From contig OZ024740.1 of assembly GCA_964016885.1 (NCBI GenBank), forward strand, positions 143,716,001 to 143,780,000: DNA of 64,000 nt. The letters are read 5' to 3'. The stretch comes from Eledone cirrhosa. Taxonomy: Eukaryota. This document shows positions 38,550 through 53,300 of the stretch, piece by piece (position 1 is the stretch's first letter; every line of letters starts with the position of its first letter). The notes under the pieces were generated by a model that had not been told where the DNA came from, did not search any database, and saw only the letters and a list, made by a program, of their open reading frames with translations. A program made the position numbers and the translations under genes.

Positions 38550-40848
38550 CAACGAAATCCAAAACTTCAGAGTTGGTACCATGAATGTAGACACTTTGAA
38601 AGTTTGCTCTAACGAGGTTGTAGAGATGCTTGAACGTAAGGAAGTTGATGTTTGTTGTGTTCAAGGACTAGATTCATTGTGGGTAAAAAACGATGCTATA
38701 AACTTTTCTGGGTGGGGTGGGGTGGTGTAGGAATTATGTTAGCAGAAAAATGGGTAGATAAGGTAATGCCGTAAATAGAGTAAACGATAGAATAATTAAA
38801 ATAAGACTAGTTCTAAATAGAACAACTGTGTTGATAATATCTGCTTATGCATCCCAATCTGGCCTACCTGATGTTATAAAAGACAGATTCTATGAGTCGC
38901 TGATGCTCACTACCTCCCAAATAACCGACAGTGACTACATAATTATTGGTGGTGACCTTAATGGTCATGTTGGACAACATTGTGATGGTTATGACGGGAT
39001 CCATGGAGGCTATGGGTTTGGTACTAGGAATGAAGAAGGCTTCAGAATCCTGGAATTCTGTGATGCTAATAACCTAACTATCTGTAACACAAACTTCAAA
39101 AACCGAGACAATCACTTGATCACTTATAGATCAGGGGAACACACCAGTCAGATAGATTATATCCTTACTAGAAGACGTGACAGAGTGTCTGTTGTAAATA
39201 CTAAATCCCTCCCCCGTGAAGAATGCACCTCCCAAGTGCACCGCCTCATAGTTAGCAACCTCATACCCAAGACTAGACATACTCGACAACAGAGGAGAAG
39301 AATATGGAAGTTGAAGGACCCCACAGCCTGTAACAAATTTAAAAGTATATTACTTGATGCTTTTGACAGTAAGAAAGAGCAATTAGAGACGTACAGCATC
39401 TGGAATGGTGGGACACACTATGGTCACCTGGATAGTAAACCAAGTAATACAGAATGGAATCATACCAAATGACTGGCGTAGCAGCATCATCATTAACTGC
39501 CACAAGGGTAAAGGAGATGCTCTAGATAGGGGAAATTATAGAGGCATTAAGTTAGTTGACCAGGTCATGAAGGTCACAGAAAGAGTTATAGTGCAACTAA
39601 TCAGAGAGCGAATTGATCTAGATGAAATGCAGTTTGGGTTTGTGTCAGGTAAAAGTACCACACACTCTTTTCATTGTACGACAACTACAGGAGAAGTACC
39701 TAGATAAAAGTAAACCCCTCTACTTAGCTTTTATTGACTTGGAGAAAGCCTTTGACAGAGTCTCCCCACCCCCCTTCATTATCTGGTGGACTCTTAGAAA
39801 ACTTGGTGTTGATGAATGGCTTGTGATAGCTATACAAGCCATGTATAGAGGAACAGTTAGCAAGGTTAGAATTAACAAAAAATATAGTGAAGAATTTAGC
39901 ATCAAAGTTGGTGTTCATCAAGGCTCTGTCCTTAGCCCCCTCTTATTTATTATTGCCCTTCAAGCTATAACAGAGGAGTTCAAGACCGGCTGCCCATGGG
40001 AACTTCTATATGCAGATGATCTAACTCTCATAGCTGAATCGATGGCTAAACTAGAGAAGAAATTCCAAACATGAAAGCATGGCCTAGAATCAAAAGGCCT
40101 TAAAGTTAACTTGTCTAAGACTAAAGTTCTAGTATGTAGAAAGGAAAATAGGGCACAGGTGCCCTCTGGGAAATGGCCATGCTCAGTGTGTAGGAAAGGA
40201 GAAGGCAGAAATTCCATTTTATGTCCCAAATGCAAACTATGGGTACATAAAAGATGTAGTGGGATCACAGGTAAATTATCTAAGAACGTAGATTTTATAT
40301 GTGGTCGATGCTCAGGTTCAATAAGTAGCAAGTGCCCACAGGATACTAGCTCCTTCTATTGCCCAGATGGTTCTATAGAAATAGTGGACACTTTCCGTTG
40401 CCTGGGTGACAAAATCAGCAGTGGTGGAGGGTGCTCTGAAAGTACAGTAGCCAGAGTCAGAACGGGATGGAAAAAGTTCAGAGAGCTTATACCATTATTG
40501 GCCACTAAAGGTTTCTCTCTAAAAATGAAAGGTAGATTGTAAGATGCCTGTATGCAAACAGCAATGTCTAATAGTAATATACGCGAATGGCAAAAGATAA
40601 ATGAACTAAGTGAGAAATTAGGAATAAGAGGGATCAGATGCTGTTTACTTCAGAGAAGACTATGTTGGTATGGTCACGTGATGCACATGAAAGACGACAG
40701 CTGTATTAAAAAGTGCAGGGCGATCAAAATTGATGGAAGTTACAGAGTAGGTAGACCCAGAAAAACCTGGGATGATTTGATAAATTCCGACCTTACACAC
40801 TTACACCTCTCTAAGACAATGTTACTGGACCGAGATCTTTGTGCATAG
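38550..40848 (+). mobile_element. RTE LINE (APE, RT with YADD, PHD-like finger, C-terminus), with the linker deleted near 39400
   Basis: GDLNGHVG, QIDYIL, FIDLEKAFDRV, GVHQGSVLSPLLF, LLYADDL, CSVCRKGEGRNSILCPKCKLWVHKRCSG...FICGRC. Confidence 0.92.
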
Positions 40849-41054
40849 TGAAACCTTCAGTCAGTAGGCACCGCTTAACCAACGCCTTGCCTATGTGCAT
40901 AGTGAAACCTACAGTCAGTAGGCACCGCTTAACCAAATATACACCCTATCATACTATCCCCTACTCCACCCTCCCACTCCCGCCAACACCACCCTTTCTC
41001 TGTAAAGTTATGTTGGTACCACAACATCCACTCCAAAATAAATGAGGTTGTGTA

Positions 41055-41270
41055 GGTCTCATGATAAAAAAACACAGTCCACGCTGTAATGTGGCCGTGT
41101 AGGTAACACAGTAAAAAGCTCCCAGTCCACACTGTAAATGTGGTTGGTGTTAGGAAGGGCATCCAGCCGTAGCAAACCTGCCAGCCAGTCCTATACGAGC
41201 AAGACACGGTCACTCGACCGTCTAAACCCATGCTAGCATGGAAGATAGACATTAAACAATGATGATGATG
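41055..41270 (+). mobile_element. RTE-related short non-autonomous element
   Basis: Reverse-complement match to 12847-13076; (gat)n tail. Confidence 0.8.
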
Positions 41271-41667
41271 ACATTTCTTGTATTCAAAGACAAACAGAAG
41301 AGTAAAGACTTCTGGTTATGAACATCAGAAAGAGTAAAGAACTTGGAGAAATTAATGGATGTTCATTGATTTCATCTGTCCAGTAAAATCGGCTGCAATA
41401 ATATACAAACGGTGTAAAATATAAACTTCAGGTATCAACATTTACATATGACTCATTTTTATTTGAGTATTGACAATAAATCATCATCATCATTTAATGT
41501 CTATTTTCCATGCTAACATGGGTTAGACGAGTTGTCCCATTTGAAGCAAGTCAGATAAGATGTTACAGTGTTTCTCTCATTGATAATTCGACAATCACAA
41601 AAATAATGTTTAAAAAAAAATCTTGTATTTTGAACTAAAATATTTTGCTTTTTCATTTTTTCAGATA

Positions 41668-41707
41668 ATGAAGATTCTACCACTACTCTATTTGCTGGCA
41701 ATGACTT
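41668..41707 (+). CDS. Ig-like receptor coding exon 1 (signal peptide MKILPLLYLLAMT)
   Basis: Acceptor ttcattttttcag ends 41664, ATG at 41668, donor gtaagt at 41708, phase 1. Confidence 0.8.
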
Positions 41708-44700
41708 GTAAGTGATTTATCACCATCACCATCAACATCATCATCACCGTTTTACATCTGCTTTTCTATGCTTGCATGGGTTGGAAGTGTCTTTTCTAGC
41801 ACAACCTCCTTCTACTCATTGTGGTACTTCGTCATCTCTGGTACCTTCAGCAATTTCAGATGAGCACTCAAAACCTCTGCCCTGATCTGCCTTGGACGCT
41901 TAATGCAGCTTTCTTCCACTGGCATTTGTGCATCCAAACGGAAGACGGGTAAATTCGTATATTCGGCCACAGGCTTCGAATGCAGTCAACTTAAAGTCGG
42001 AAGATTTGATGGGTATTTGGTGATAAGCTGCCTTTAGATCTATTTTCGAGAAATATTTGTGTTTTGAAATTTTGTTGAGTAGGTCTTCGATTATGGCTTT
42101 AGGGTATGAATCTAATGGTGTGTAACGATTTATAGTGCCTGAGTAGTCTATGACAAGCCTTTTTTTGTTTTCTTGATCTATTACGAAACACTGCGCTCTC
42201 CATGGGCTTCTGCTCTGTTGAATTATTCCAGCTTTAAGCATTCTGTCGATTTCCGTTTTAATGAATTGCTGATCTTTATTGTATTTTCGAGGAGGTATAG
42301 ATAATGGTTTTAATTTTGTAGTATCGATTCCAGGCATTAAATCATATTCTTCACAATTCAGAGTTTGCATTGACATACATATCGTGACTGCTCTCATGTC
42401 CCCTGCATATTTTATTGTTAAAGACTTATGCCTTTTAAGTATATCAAGAGCCATAACTACTGGAGCAAAGAGTTTGTCAACCACCATTAGATCGATGTGG
42501 TATTCTCGGCCCTCCCATTCTAATGTTGTTTCAAATGTACCTCGTATTATGAGTTTACTGTTGTCGGCTAAAATTACACTCTTATTCTTAGTTTTCTTGA
42601 ATTTACTTCGACAAGTGGTTCATGTCAATGAAAGACTTGTCTGAGCCTGTGTCAAGTAAACCTTCTGTTTTATGTGAATTGACATAAATTGTTAAAAAGT
42701 TTGTATTATGATTCACGGAAGCAAGTTTATAGCAGGCAGCAAGATTACTGCCATCATTGGAGCCCTCGTTATTATTCAAGACTGCTGCGTGTTTTATCTT
42801 CTTTACTACCTTCTTATTTTCAACAAAACATACTGTTGCCCAGTGGCCTTTCTTGTGGCAGAAATTGCAAGTTGAATTTTTTGCAGGGCACTCTGATTTT
42901 TGGTGACATGTACCACCACACCAGAAACATTTTAATGAAGAAGCAGCGAATACGGGTTGTGACGGCGGTTGTATTGTTGTTGTTGACAGATTTTGTGCGT
43001 CTTCTATTGCCAGTTCTAATGTGAGAGCGGTTTGGAATGTTTTATCTAGATTTTTGAAACTCCTACCTGTATCTTGAATACATCACTAAACTCATTACCT
43101 GCTCTCATTTTACTGACAGCACCTTTGTACATAGCTTGCATGGCTCTCATAACCCACTCATCTACACCCAGCTTCCTTAAGGACCACCAGATAACAGATC
43201 AATGTATAATTCTCTCTACAAGTATTAAATGTGTTATTATTCTAACAAAAGTAGAAATCCAGTTTTTCTTATCTGTAATTCAGCAACAAGCCTTTTAAGA
43301 CCATTTTCCTTGCTATATTAAGGGTTATCCCTTCATGGCATCCTTTTTGAGGCAATATTTTACAGCCACATTCCCTTCCTGTTGAAACCTCTTTTAGTCA
43401 CCTCTTACAACACACATGGTTATGTAAAATCTGAAAATATATTTTCATCTTTTATAGATATATCAATGGTCAATGCAAAGCTTAACATTGAAGCAAATGG
43501 TAATTGTATTATAAAAATCTTTGATTTTAAAACCAGATGCTATCTTTTCTACTCTGCTTTCTGCTTCTTTCTCATAGTTAATAATCTTTAGTCACTAAAT
43601 ATATTTCCTCCTTTGAATGGGCAAAATTTCATCTTCAGAGCCCAAAAGACAATAATGATTATAAATATGATTGTGATTATAATATTGATTGTAGTAATAC
43701 AAACTGTTATCTTAAAATATCAATTTGACAAAACTGTAGAAAGTAACTAAAGACTATTTAGTAAAAACAAATGTATATATATATATATATATATATCAGC
43801 AGCAGCAGCAGCACTTAACATCTATTTTCCCTACTTTTGAGGATTGAATAGGTCGTTATAGAATAAGTCAGTACTTAATTGAAGCCAATAGCCTCTCAAC
43901 AAGTCAGGTATCACATCTCACTTACATACATTCCTGAAATGTACATGTAACAGATGCATTTTATCATGGCACCAGCTCTAGAGGGGTTTTTGTACCCTTG
44001 ATAAAACTGAAGAGGCCTCACAACTCTTTGTTGGCCCAGTTTTCTATGACTGAATACCCTTCCTATCACCAACCACCTTATAGAATGTACTGGCTGGTTT
44101 TCTCATGTTGCCAACACTAGAGAGGTTTTCATGCCCTTAACACAACTGAAGCGTCCTCTTGACCCTTTTTTGGTGTGGTTTTTCCAGCTGGACACCTCTC
44201 CTATCACTAACCACCTTACAAAGTGTACTGACTGCATCTTTTGTGGCACCAGCACTAGGGCAGTAGTCACAGTGTAGTCCTACAGATGGAAGCTCTTCCT
44301 AACACTAACCACTTTGATGGGGGAGGTAAGAAGGATGATGTATATATGTGCACACACATACATATTACATATATGAATACATGTTCAGAATTCTGTACAT
44401 TTTTGGAGACACTTGTGATCTGTACATAAGTTGGTATAACATGTGAGTAATGTAGCATGTCATCAGGGTCATGGTCCTTGAAAGACTTTCAGTTGTCTCC
44501 AATGGTAACATGACACAAGATGATTAAAACTTAAGGATCTGCTGCAATATCTTCCGTCTTCTTCATCATTATGTGAGTTAATTTAACACCTGCTTTATCA
44601 CTATTGAAGATTGAAGACAATGAAACGCATTTAGTCTGAATCCTCACCCTCAACTTTGCAATCTTTAAAGACCCTACTAGGAGGACAAACCTTCTGATGA

Positions 44701-47332
44701 CATCACTGTCAAGGTCTGATGAACATGCAAGCTTCTCCACCACATCATAGTAGATCTCTCATTCAATTTCTCATTAGTTCTGATAATCTTTATTATATAT
44801 TTTTACTTTTAATTTCCATTATAAATATATCAAAGCTGATAAAAACTTAAACTTAAATCAATAAATTTAATATATCTATTTCAGGAACAATTTGGTTAGG
44901 GGAAGAAATAACTCTTAAAACTCCAATCAGTGCTAATACTTCGGCTATTACATGGAAAAGTGAAGGAAGGAATTTAGTATGTGACAAAAGTTGCGGTGGG
45001 AATGAAGACTACAAAATTACTAGGGGAAATGGTTTATCTACCCTTTGGATAAGAAATGTTTCTTGGCAATATCGTACATGGACAGTTATTGAAAATGATT
45101 TGGAAACTGATGACTTCACTATGGATATAAATGGTAAGGAAATAATTTCTGATGATAATAATCATGGAGCAAGTATTTTATGGTGTTAAATCAAAGTCAA
45201 CATTTGTATTTTAATGATTTATTTTCTATCTTGAATTGTAATATTTCTGTAATATATAATAATGTGGGATAGTTAACTAAATGAACTGGTTAGATTAACC
45301 CCTATGTCCTTGTTCTAATATCTTGACCACATTTCCAATAATTAGGTGTCTATATTACCACTTAATTGTTATATGGTTGACAATCTTTCGGTATCTTCTA
45401 ATATCTTAATCACATTCCCAGTGGTCACTTATCTAATGTTATATAACCCCTATAAAATAAGCTAATTTGTCAGACTGCCATATTTGTGTTAAAAATGTTT
45501 GTTTTTTGAAATTCAGATGTTATGTTGATTTTATTTTTTTTTTTTTTTTTATATAGAATTTTAAATAATAACATTCTTATTCCTTTTCTATCTCTAAGAA
45601 TGATTCCACATTCCTTAGTACAGATGTATTGGAAGGTTTTATCTCTGAATGGTTTAGAAATCATATAAACACAAATTTAGCAGTATGTCTTATTTTATAT
45701 AGTTTTCACAGAATTTTTAATCTCATAACTTGTTTGGTTTTAATATTGCAGTGAACTTTGTATATTTTCTGTTAGCCATGTGATGTTATAGACTATTTCC
45801 AACTCTCCTTATTTTCTGATAACTTTTTCTTGGAGTTGAAAACTGTGAAAACAACCACACATTAAGAAGACCCGCTTAACATTTGCAGAGATAGGAGAAA
45901 TCAATCTAAATATACCTACAGACTAACAAAGAACAGTCTGTCTGAGGAACAATTTGTCCTCTATATATGATTATATACACTTACAGACTGATGAGGATTC
46001 TTTGTTACTAAAATATACATAAAACAACTTTATACTGATATTATTCTTGTTTTTTTTCTTTCCTTTTTTCAATTCTTGAAATGACAAAGAAATTGGTCTT
46101 ATTTTTCATTGATCAGAACCTTTTTCCAAATTCTCACTGCAAACAAATCTATTGTAACCAAATCTTGACAATACAGTGTGGGAATAAAGAATCTGTAAAT
46201 TAAAAAAATAGCTTGTGGTAGCAATAATAATAAAGGCTTACCTTGCTTCCAGAATTCACTTAGAGGAATTTTTAATAGCAGCTCTTTCATGCTAAACAGC
46301 TTAAAACACCACACTTTTCTGTGAGTCTCACACTCACATACACACGCAACCATACTTTGAAAAAAATTCTATGTTGAAAGAGGATTGGAGTTCTGTTCCT
46401 TCACTAACCTGGCACTATTTCCCTCTCATACTTCTGGCTCTTAACCCACAATACTACATACATTTTAAAAGACGGTATCATAGAAGCAACTAATTCATTA
46501 TCGCTGGCAGGGCCTATGAGAGGGGGTCCAACTAGTACTTTGTTCCGGGGGCCCAAGACCTAAGAAGGCCCCACAGCAACCATGCAACATCCATTTTGAG
46601 AATTTGCCTGCTTCAGAGCAAAATTTCTCCTGGAAGCCCTGATCGCAGGCACAGTTTTTTCTTTGGCAATTTCAGTATTGAAAAGTCTTCTAGTAGATGT
46701 TTCTCAAATGAGATGGAGGTGGGTGCAAATATTCTAAAATGCTGCTATTCGCACCAGAAATCAACATTCTCTGTTAACTGTTCTCTCTCATTTTCTGCAT
46801 CATCATCATTGAACAGCCATTCTCCCTGGTAGCAAGTGTTGGACAGGTTATTACAGAATGAGTCAGTGCTCAAGTAGAGCTACTGACCTCTCAGATGGGT
46901 CAGAGGCCCACATCGTGCTTACATATATTTCCATACTCTATAGAGTGCACTTTATTGTGGCGCCAACATTAGAAAGGTTGTCATGACTTTGACACTGCTG
47001 AAGAAGCCTCTCAACCCTTTATTTGACCAGTTTTCTATGACTGAATACCTTTCCTATCACCAACCACCTTTCAAAATGTACTGAGTTTGTTTAATTAAGT
47101 CACCAACACTAGAGAGGTTGTACCTTTGACGTAACGGAAGAATTCTTTTGACTCTTTTTAACACGGTTTCTATGACAGGATTCTCTTCCTATTGCCAACC
47201 AAGTCACAGGTTGTACTGGGCGCATTTTTTGTAGCACCAACATTAAGGAGGTTATTGGTAATTGAGTTAACTGAAGATCCCTCTCTACTCTATGGGAGGG
47301 GATGTTAAAAAGGATGGTAAGTATAATGCATG

Positions 47333-47363
<31 letters not shown>

Positions 47364-50300
47364 TTGTATGTATAATATGTACACATGATATATTTTGCAG
47401 TGAAGCCAACGATTCATTTTGAAATCAAACCAAATTGTGACTACAAAATAAAAACGACTTGTTCTAAACCCAAGGCAGTTATAAAATGTCTCTACGGTGT
47501 AAGTAAATGGAATTGGGTTTTTACCTGTTTCTCTTCCTATCATTAACCTATTCAATTATGTGCTAGGGAGTGGATTGCTTAATTTTATTTAAGGTAACTG
47601 GAGTGAGTAGGGTGTATCTTGCTTAGAGACACAACACAATTACTCTAGTACAGTATTTGTAATTCTAAGTCGGGACATATCAGTTCAAAATGAGATTAAC
47701 AAAAAAAGATTTGACTATGGTATTTTAAGAAATGAACTGAGCATCAAATAACATTGTGACATTTACAATGTGGAACTTGCTTGATTAAAAGTTTTTTATC
47801 AGTCCAGTAATGAAGCAAAAGAATCATCATCCATCATATGTAATATTTTCCAGTATTTTCATGTGTAAGTACAACAGTGGCACTGATCCATGATCATAAC
47901 AATCTATGAGCTGACTGAGAGCAATGTTAGACACTTTTGTCTATGTTGATCAATGTTCACTTGATGCCTAAAAAAACACATTTTTGAAGCTGTGCACTCC
48001 ATCAGATTTTAAAAATGGAATAATTCCATAGAAAATGAGATTTACAATTGTGATTCATAAAGAGCGGGTTTTCCATTTTGTTTACAATATCATATAAGAC
48101 ATGGGAGGACTTTCGGGTTAAGTTAGAACCTGACATTTGATCAGTAAATGAAATATTTTGGCAAACTATCTCCTGACTTCATTATAAGAAGTCCTCCTCT
48201 ACACCTGCTTTCAAGAACTTGTCTGGGGTTCTTGTTTCTGAAGAGAGGTGCATCCTCATAAGCTAGAGAGAGTACTTTGCTGATCCTGGGTCACAATAGT
48301 TAATGTACATGAGTAGTGTCTAACCTTGCGAAGGCTGTGGTCACCAGAGCAATTAAAGTGCTCAAATGTGGCAAGGCCTCTGAGGAAGATGAAATTGGGC
48401 CTGAGGTTTAAAACCTTAAATAGAAAAGGTATGTTCTGGCTGACTCATGTGTTAGGTGGCCTGAATCTCTGTGAAGGCACCAAAGCACTAGCAGCAGGGA
48501 GTGATACAATTTTAGAAGAAGTGAGATTGCTCTAATTATTTGTTGTTAACACAATATAAACTATAATAAAGTAAGAAGCGCGGGATTGCTTAGTAAAATA
48601 AGTTGGTTTACTTTGAATAAATAATGAATGAATGTTACATAATTTATCTACTAAATTTCGTGGCTGTTCATTAAATATATTTTATTATTTATTTAAAGAT
48701 TCGCTTCTTTAAAATTTTCAAATGTAAACACTTCCGATCGCTTAAATAAATACTCATATATTTCCTTCACTAATTTTCTCCTAATGCAGTTTATATATAG
48801 TATCGTCTTTTTTAATGTATCATGGATTACATTACTGATTAAATAAGACAGTGTAACACAGTCTTCGTTCAATTTCTGTGTATATTGTCAATTACGATTT
48901 TATTTGATGTATCATATCTACATGCATATATACTTGCGTAAAATATCAATATACACACTAAACATACTAGCAGAAAACCACCCGAAGGGTGGTTTTTCTG
49001 CTAGTTTATTTAATGAATATGATTTACAGAATAAACAAATCAATAGAAATTAATTAGAGAAAGAAAAAACAAAAAAACAAGAGAAGATGGGTACACTCAA
49101 TTGCATGCTACAACAGGGAATGTTCGTATTTCCCTAAAACATTTTGAGGTAATCAAGACACTCATGACATTGCTGCTGGAATAGCCAAGCACTCTTATGA
49201 GCATCACCTGATACTTCAGTAAGATGAGCTGCCAACAATGACAAGAACCTTATTGTCAGCAACCCTGCTACCACCAAATATTTTGAATGCTTCAGGCTGA
49301 AACATGGATTACCAATAATTCACTGTATTTCAGAATTTTATTTCGTTTGGCTATGGTTGCAGTGACCCCCATTTTTTCTGCAGCATCTAATATATGAGGA
49401 GCAAAAGCATCACTGACTGTGGTGCCCCATAAGACGCATCTACTTTTAGCCTGAGGGCAAAGAGTAAGACGAATGAGCCTCTTTCCATTAACCCTGGACA
49501 ATCCATTTCTAACAGAATTTGGAATTTCAAAATATTTTCCACTTACTATAGCTAATCTTCCAGCTCTAATCATATCATCTAGATAGAAAAATATATTTAC
49601 TATTATCGATGGGGGATGGGGCTGGAGTGTTGTAACACTTTTCTGCTTGTTCGAGTTTAGGGTGGGGGGAGGTAGTGGATTAGCTAACCTGCTTCTGCTG
49701 CATGCATTCCACTTGCATGAGAGGCGAGTTCTTCATATTACAGAATTTTTCTGTCCTGGATCATCTCCTTTATGGGATTTAACTGCATGAGGTCGGCCTT
49801 TATGACACCATCTCATCACAGAATTTCCTAGGTCTTCCTCTTCCAAGGGTTCCTTTGACTTCAGGAGCCCTACATTTCTTTATGCAGCTGTCATCCTTCA
49901 TACATATTACATGTTCATACTATTGCAATTTCTTCTCATGAACACTACACATGATGCCTCTTATGCCCAGCTTTACTCTTAGCTCATTGATATTTCATCG
50001 CTCTTATATATTACTATTATACATTCATCGGAGCATGCTCATCTCATTTCTTTCCAATCTTTGTAAGTCCTCCATACACAAAGCCAAAGTCTAACTACAA
50101 TGTAGCATTGCTGTTCGTACACAAGCAGCATACAGTCTGCCATTCACTCTGAGGCAGAAACCTTTTGTAGCTAGCAGTGACAGTAGCTCCCTGACTTAAC
50201 TTTTTCCAACCAGTCCTTATTCTGGCTACTGTACTTTCAGAACACCCATTCCCACTACGAATTTGATCCTCTAGATAGCAGAAACTATTGACTATTTCTA

Positions 50301-53300
50301 GGAAGCCCTCTGAACATTTAATAGGGCGTTTCATGTGTGCTCTTGTTACTTACTGCTTCTGTGCATTGGTTACATACAAAGCCTACATTTTTAACCTGGT
50401 GTAAAACCAAACTGCATCTTGTCTATGTTAATTCTATCCTGAATTAGTTGTGCAATAACTATTTCAGTAACTTTCATGACTTGGTTCATCAACTTGATGC
50501 CTCTTTAGTTTCCTCTGTCTAGTGTGTCTCCTTTGCCCTTGATGCTGCTATGCCAGTCATTAGGTATGACACCATCCTGTATTACTTGATTTACTATGCA
50601 CATAGTGTGTGCCCCACTCAACCAGATACTTTTGGCATCTGAGCTACTATCCCTGATGGCCCAGCTGCTTTACTTGTCTTCATATCCTTCATTGCCTTAC
50701 TTACTACACAGTTGCTAACTTGGCTGACCAGACCCTCTGTTGAATCTGCTTGAGGCAGGCCTTCTTTCTTCTCAGCAACAATGAGGGCAAGTCAACCACT
50801 GTCATTTTGGACACAATTCTCCCCAACAACATCTTGATTTTTCCCTCACATCTTGCAATCCTGAACACCTCATGCCTATGGTCCCCACAGTGCAGAACAT
50901 GCACACATTTCTTGTTTTCTGCTTTCCTCCTTCCTAAGTATACCTGTCACTTGGCTTCTCTTCTACCATCTTGATACTGTTCTCTGCTTCCCCCATTTTG
51001 CCAATCTTTCCATGTCTGTTTCTTAATTCTAACTGTCTCATCTACTCTTCTATTCCACCACCATGTCACTCTATGGCATCCAGGGGCCTTGTTTTGAAGT
51101 ATATGGGGACAGGGAAGGTTCTGTGGTATGAGTTAATTGGATTTGGTGCCTGGGATGTAGTGAGTTTGCAGTCATATTTCTGAACATGGTGTGGTACTTC
51201 AGCCCCTTTTCTAAAATGATCTACCTCATTTATATCGCTTATCCAGATTGATCAGACAGAAAACTGTTGGTGGTGGAAAGGGGATGGAAGAGAGGTTTCT
51301 GATGAGGTTTAGGGAAGAGGAGGAGAATAGAATTTAGGAAAAGAAAGATGGCAAACATGGATAAAATAGAACAGGACAAGAGAGATCTGAAGAAGTAAAT
51401 TTTAGGGAAGAAAGATGAGATAGATTGAAAACAGCAAGCAAAAATAAAATGAAATATTTATGAACAATACAAGAGAGAGAGTGAGAAATGAATTGTAGGG
51501 AAGGAAGAAAAATGAGAAATATATAATGTATATGGCAGAATTTGCAGAAAAGAGGAGAATAGGATTTAGGAAAAGAGAGATAGCAAACATCACTAAAAAT
51601 AGAATATTCATAAGATATAAGCTTTAAGGAAGAAAGATGAGATAAGAAGAAAATATATACTGTATATACTCAAATATAAGCCACCACCCCTATTTTATGT
51701 CTGAGAAATGAGCAAAAATCCAACTGATCAACACATTATGTTTAGATAGAATGGTTTTGAAATTCTCGTGATTATAAAATATAGTTACAAAGTTTTAATA
51801 TTTTGATGTTTAAAATATAGTTTTTGTTTCACACCTCCATTGGGTAATGAGTTTCCATTACGCTAAGTTTCAACAAGTTTCTCAAATGTTTGTTTACTTC
51901 TGGCCACTCACATGCTACAAGTACTTTGAAAGCAAGAAATCAACTAAGAAAGCATTGTATTAGAATAGAAGAAGGAGGGGGTGACAGCAAGTGAGAGATG
52001 GCAATAAAATAATATTAGAAGAAAGATTTCAATTTTACAGAACATTGAAAGAAAAAGTATTATTAAGTCAGAGAAAAACATGTATGTGTGTGCACATGTG
52101 CATGTGTAATTCTGTATAAGATATTTATGTATTAAACAATTCAAATTATAAAACTTTGTTGGAAATATTTTCATGGGAATGCATAAAAAACACTAATGAT
52201 GATGTAAATGAAGCAAAACAGTTTCATTGTAAAATAATCACTCCATATATTTTAACACCTTATTTCTGGTGAAAATCAGCAAAATATAAGCTGACACCCA
52301 TTTTACCATTGATTCTTTTTGTCACATATTTATTAGCTTATATTCAAGTATATATGGTATATGTGACTGTGTTTGAAGGAAAAGGTGAGGGCTTACAAGA
52401 ATTAGTCACATAGTGTTATGTATATGCGGATGAAGTACAGAGGATATTATATGTAATATATTCTTGATTTGTGTAATGTTTATATTTTGGTTTAATGAAA
52501 TTAAGCTATATCGTCAAGCACTTATTTCAGAATATTTGCAAGCTCTTTTAGTAATGGGGAATGAACTTTGACACGGGATTGGGGATCAAGTTTCATGTGA
52601 CAAGGCCTAGTTTCAAAAAGGGATTTATATCATGTTGGTATCCTCTATATAGAAATATGTATAATGAGTGTTCTACCACATTCAGACTATAATCACTGTA
52701 CTATGTCCAGCTCCACCACTTGTTCTGTTACCAATATAACAGAACTTATCAATAATATAGAAGATATCATTGTAAGCCTTGCATGTGTCATAGTTGAAAT
52801 TATGGTAACTTTCCAGATTGTCTCAATAATGTTATACCTTATGACTGTTTGAACAAGCTAAGTAACTTAAATAGAAATAAATTAAGTATTAAATGTAATA
52901 AAGTAAAAGTTTAGTCCTTGAAAATTAGTTACTGGGGAAAAATCATTTGAGCCAGTCAAAATCTCACAAAAACTTTGAAATTCACTTTTATCATTTATTT
53001 ATTGTTGTCAAACTTTTCCTTGCATTGATTATGACCAAGTTACTGACACAGTTTCACTGATAAATATAAAATGAATTTAAGTTTCTTAAGTCTCAACACA
53101 AGCTCAATCAAGTCACATACCAACCAAGTACAACTCTGAAATTAATAATGATTTCTTTAAATATTCTTTTTTATTTTACTTTCTTTCTCAGAAAGATCTG
53201 AAACTTACACACGAATCTGAACCTTGTAATAATCGAAGTATTAAATTAAACCCTCCTGGTGTAAATTTAATGCAGCAATCAACTACACCTGGGAAAATCA

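Noticed and set aside
45988-46010. CTGATGAG hammerhead core
   Set aside because: No downstream GAAA or stems.
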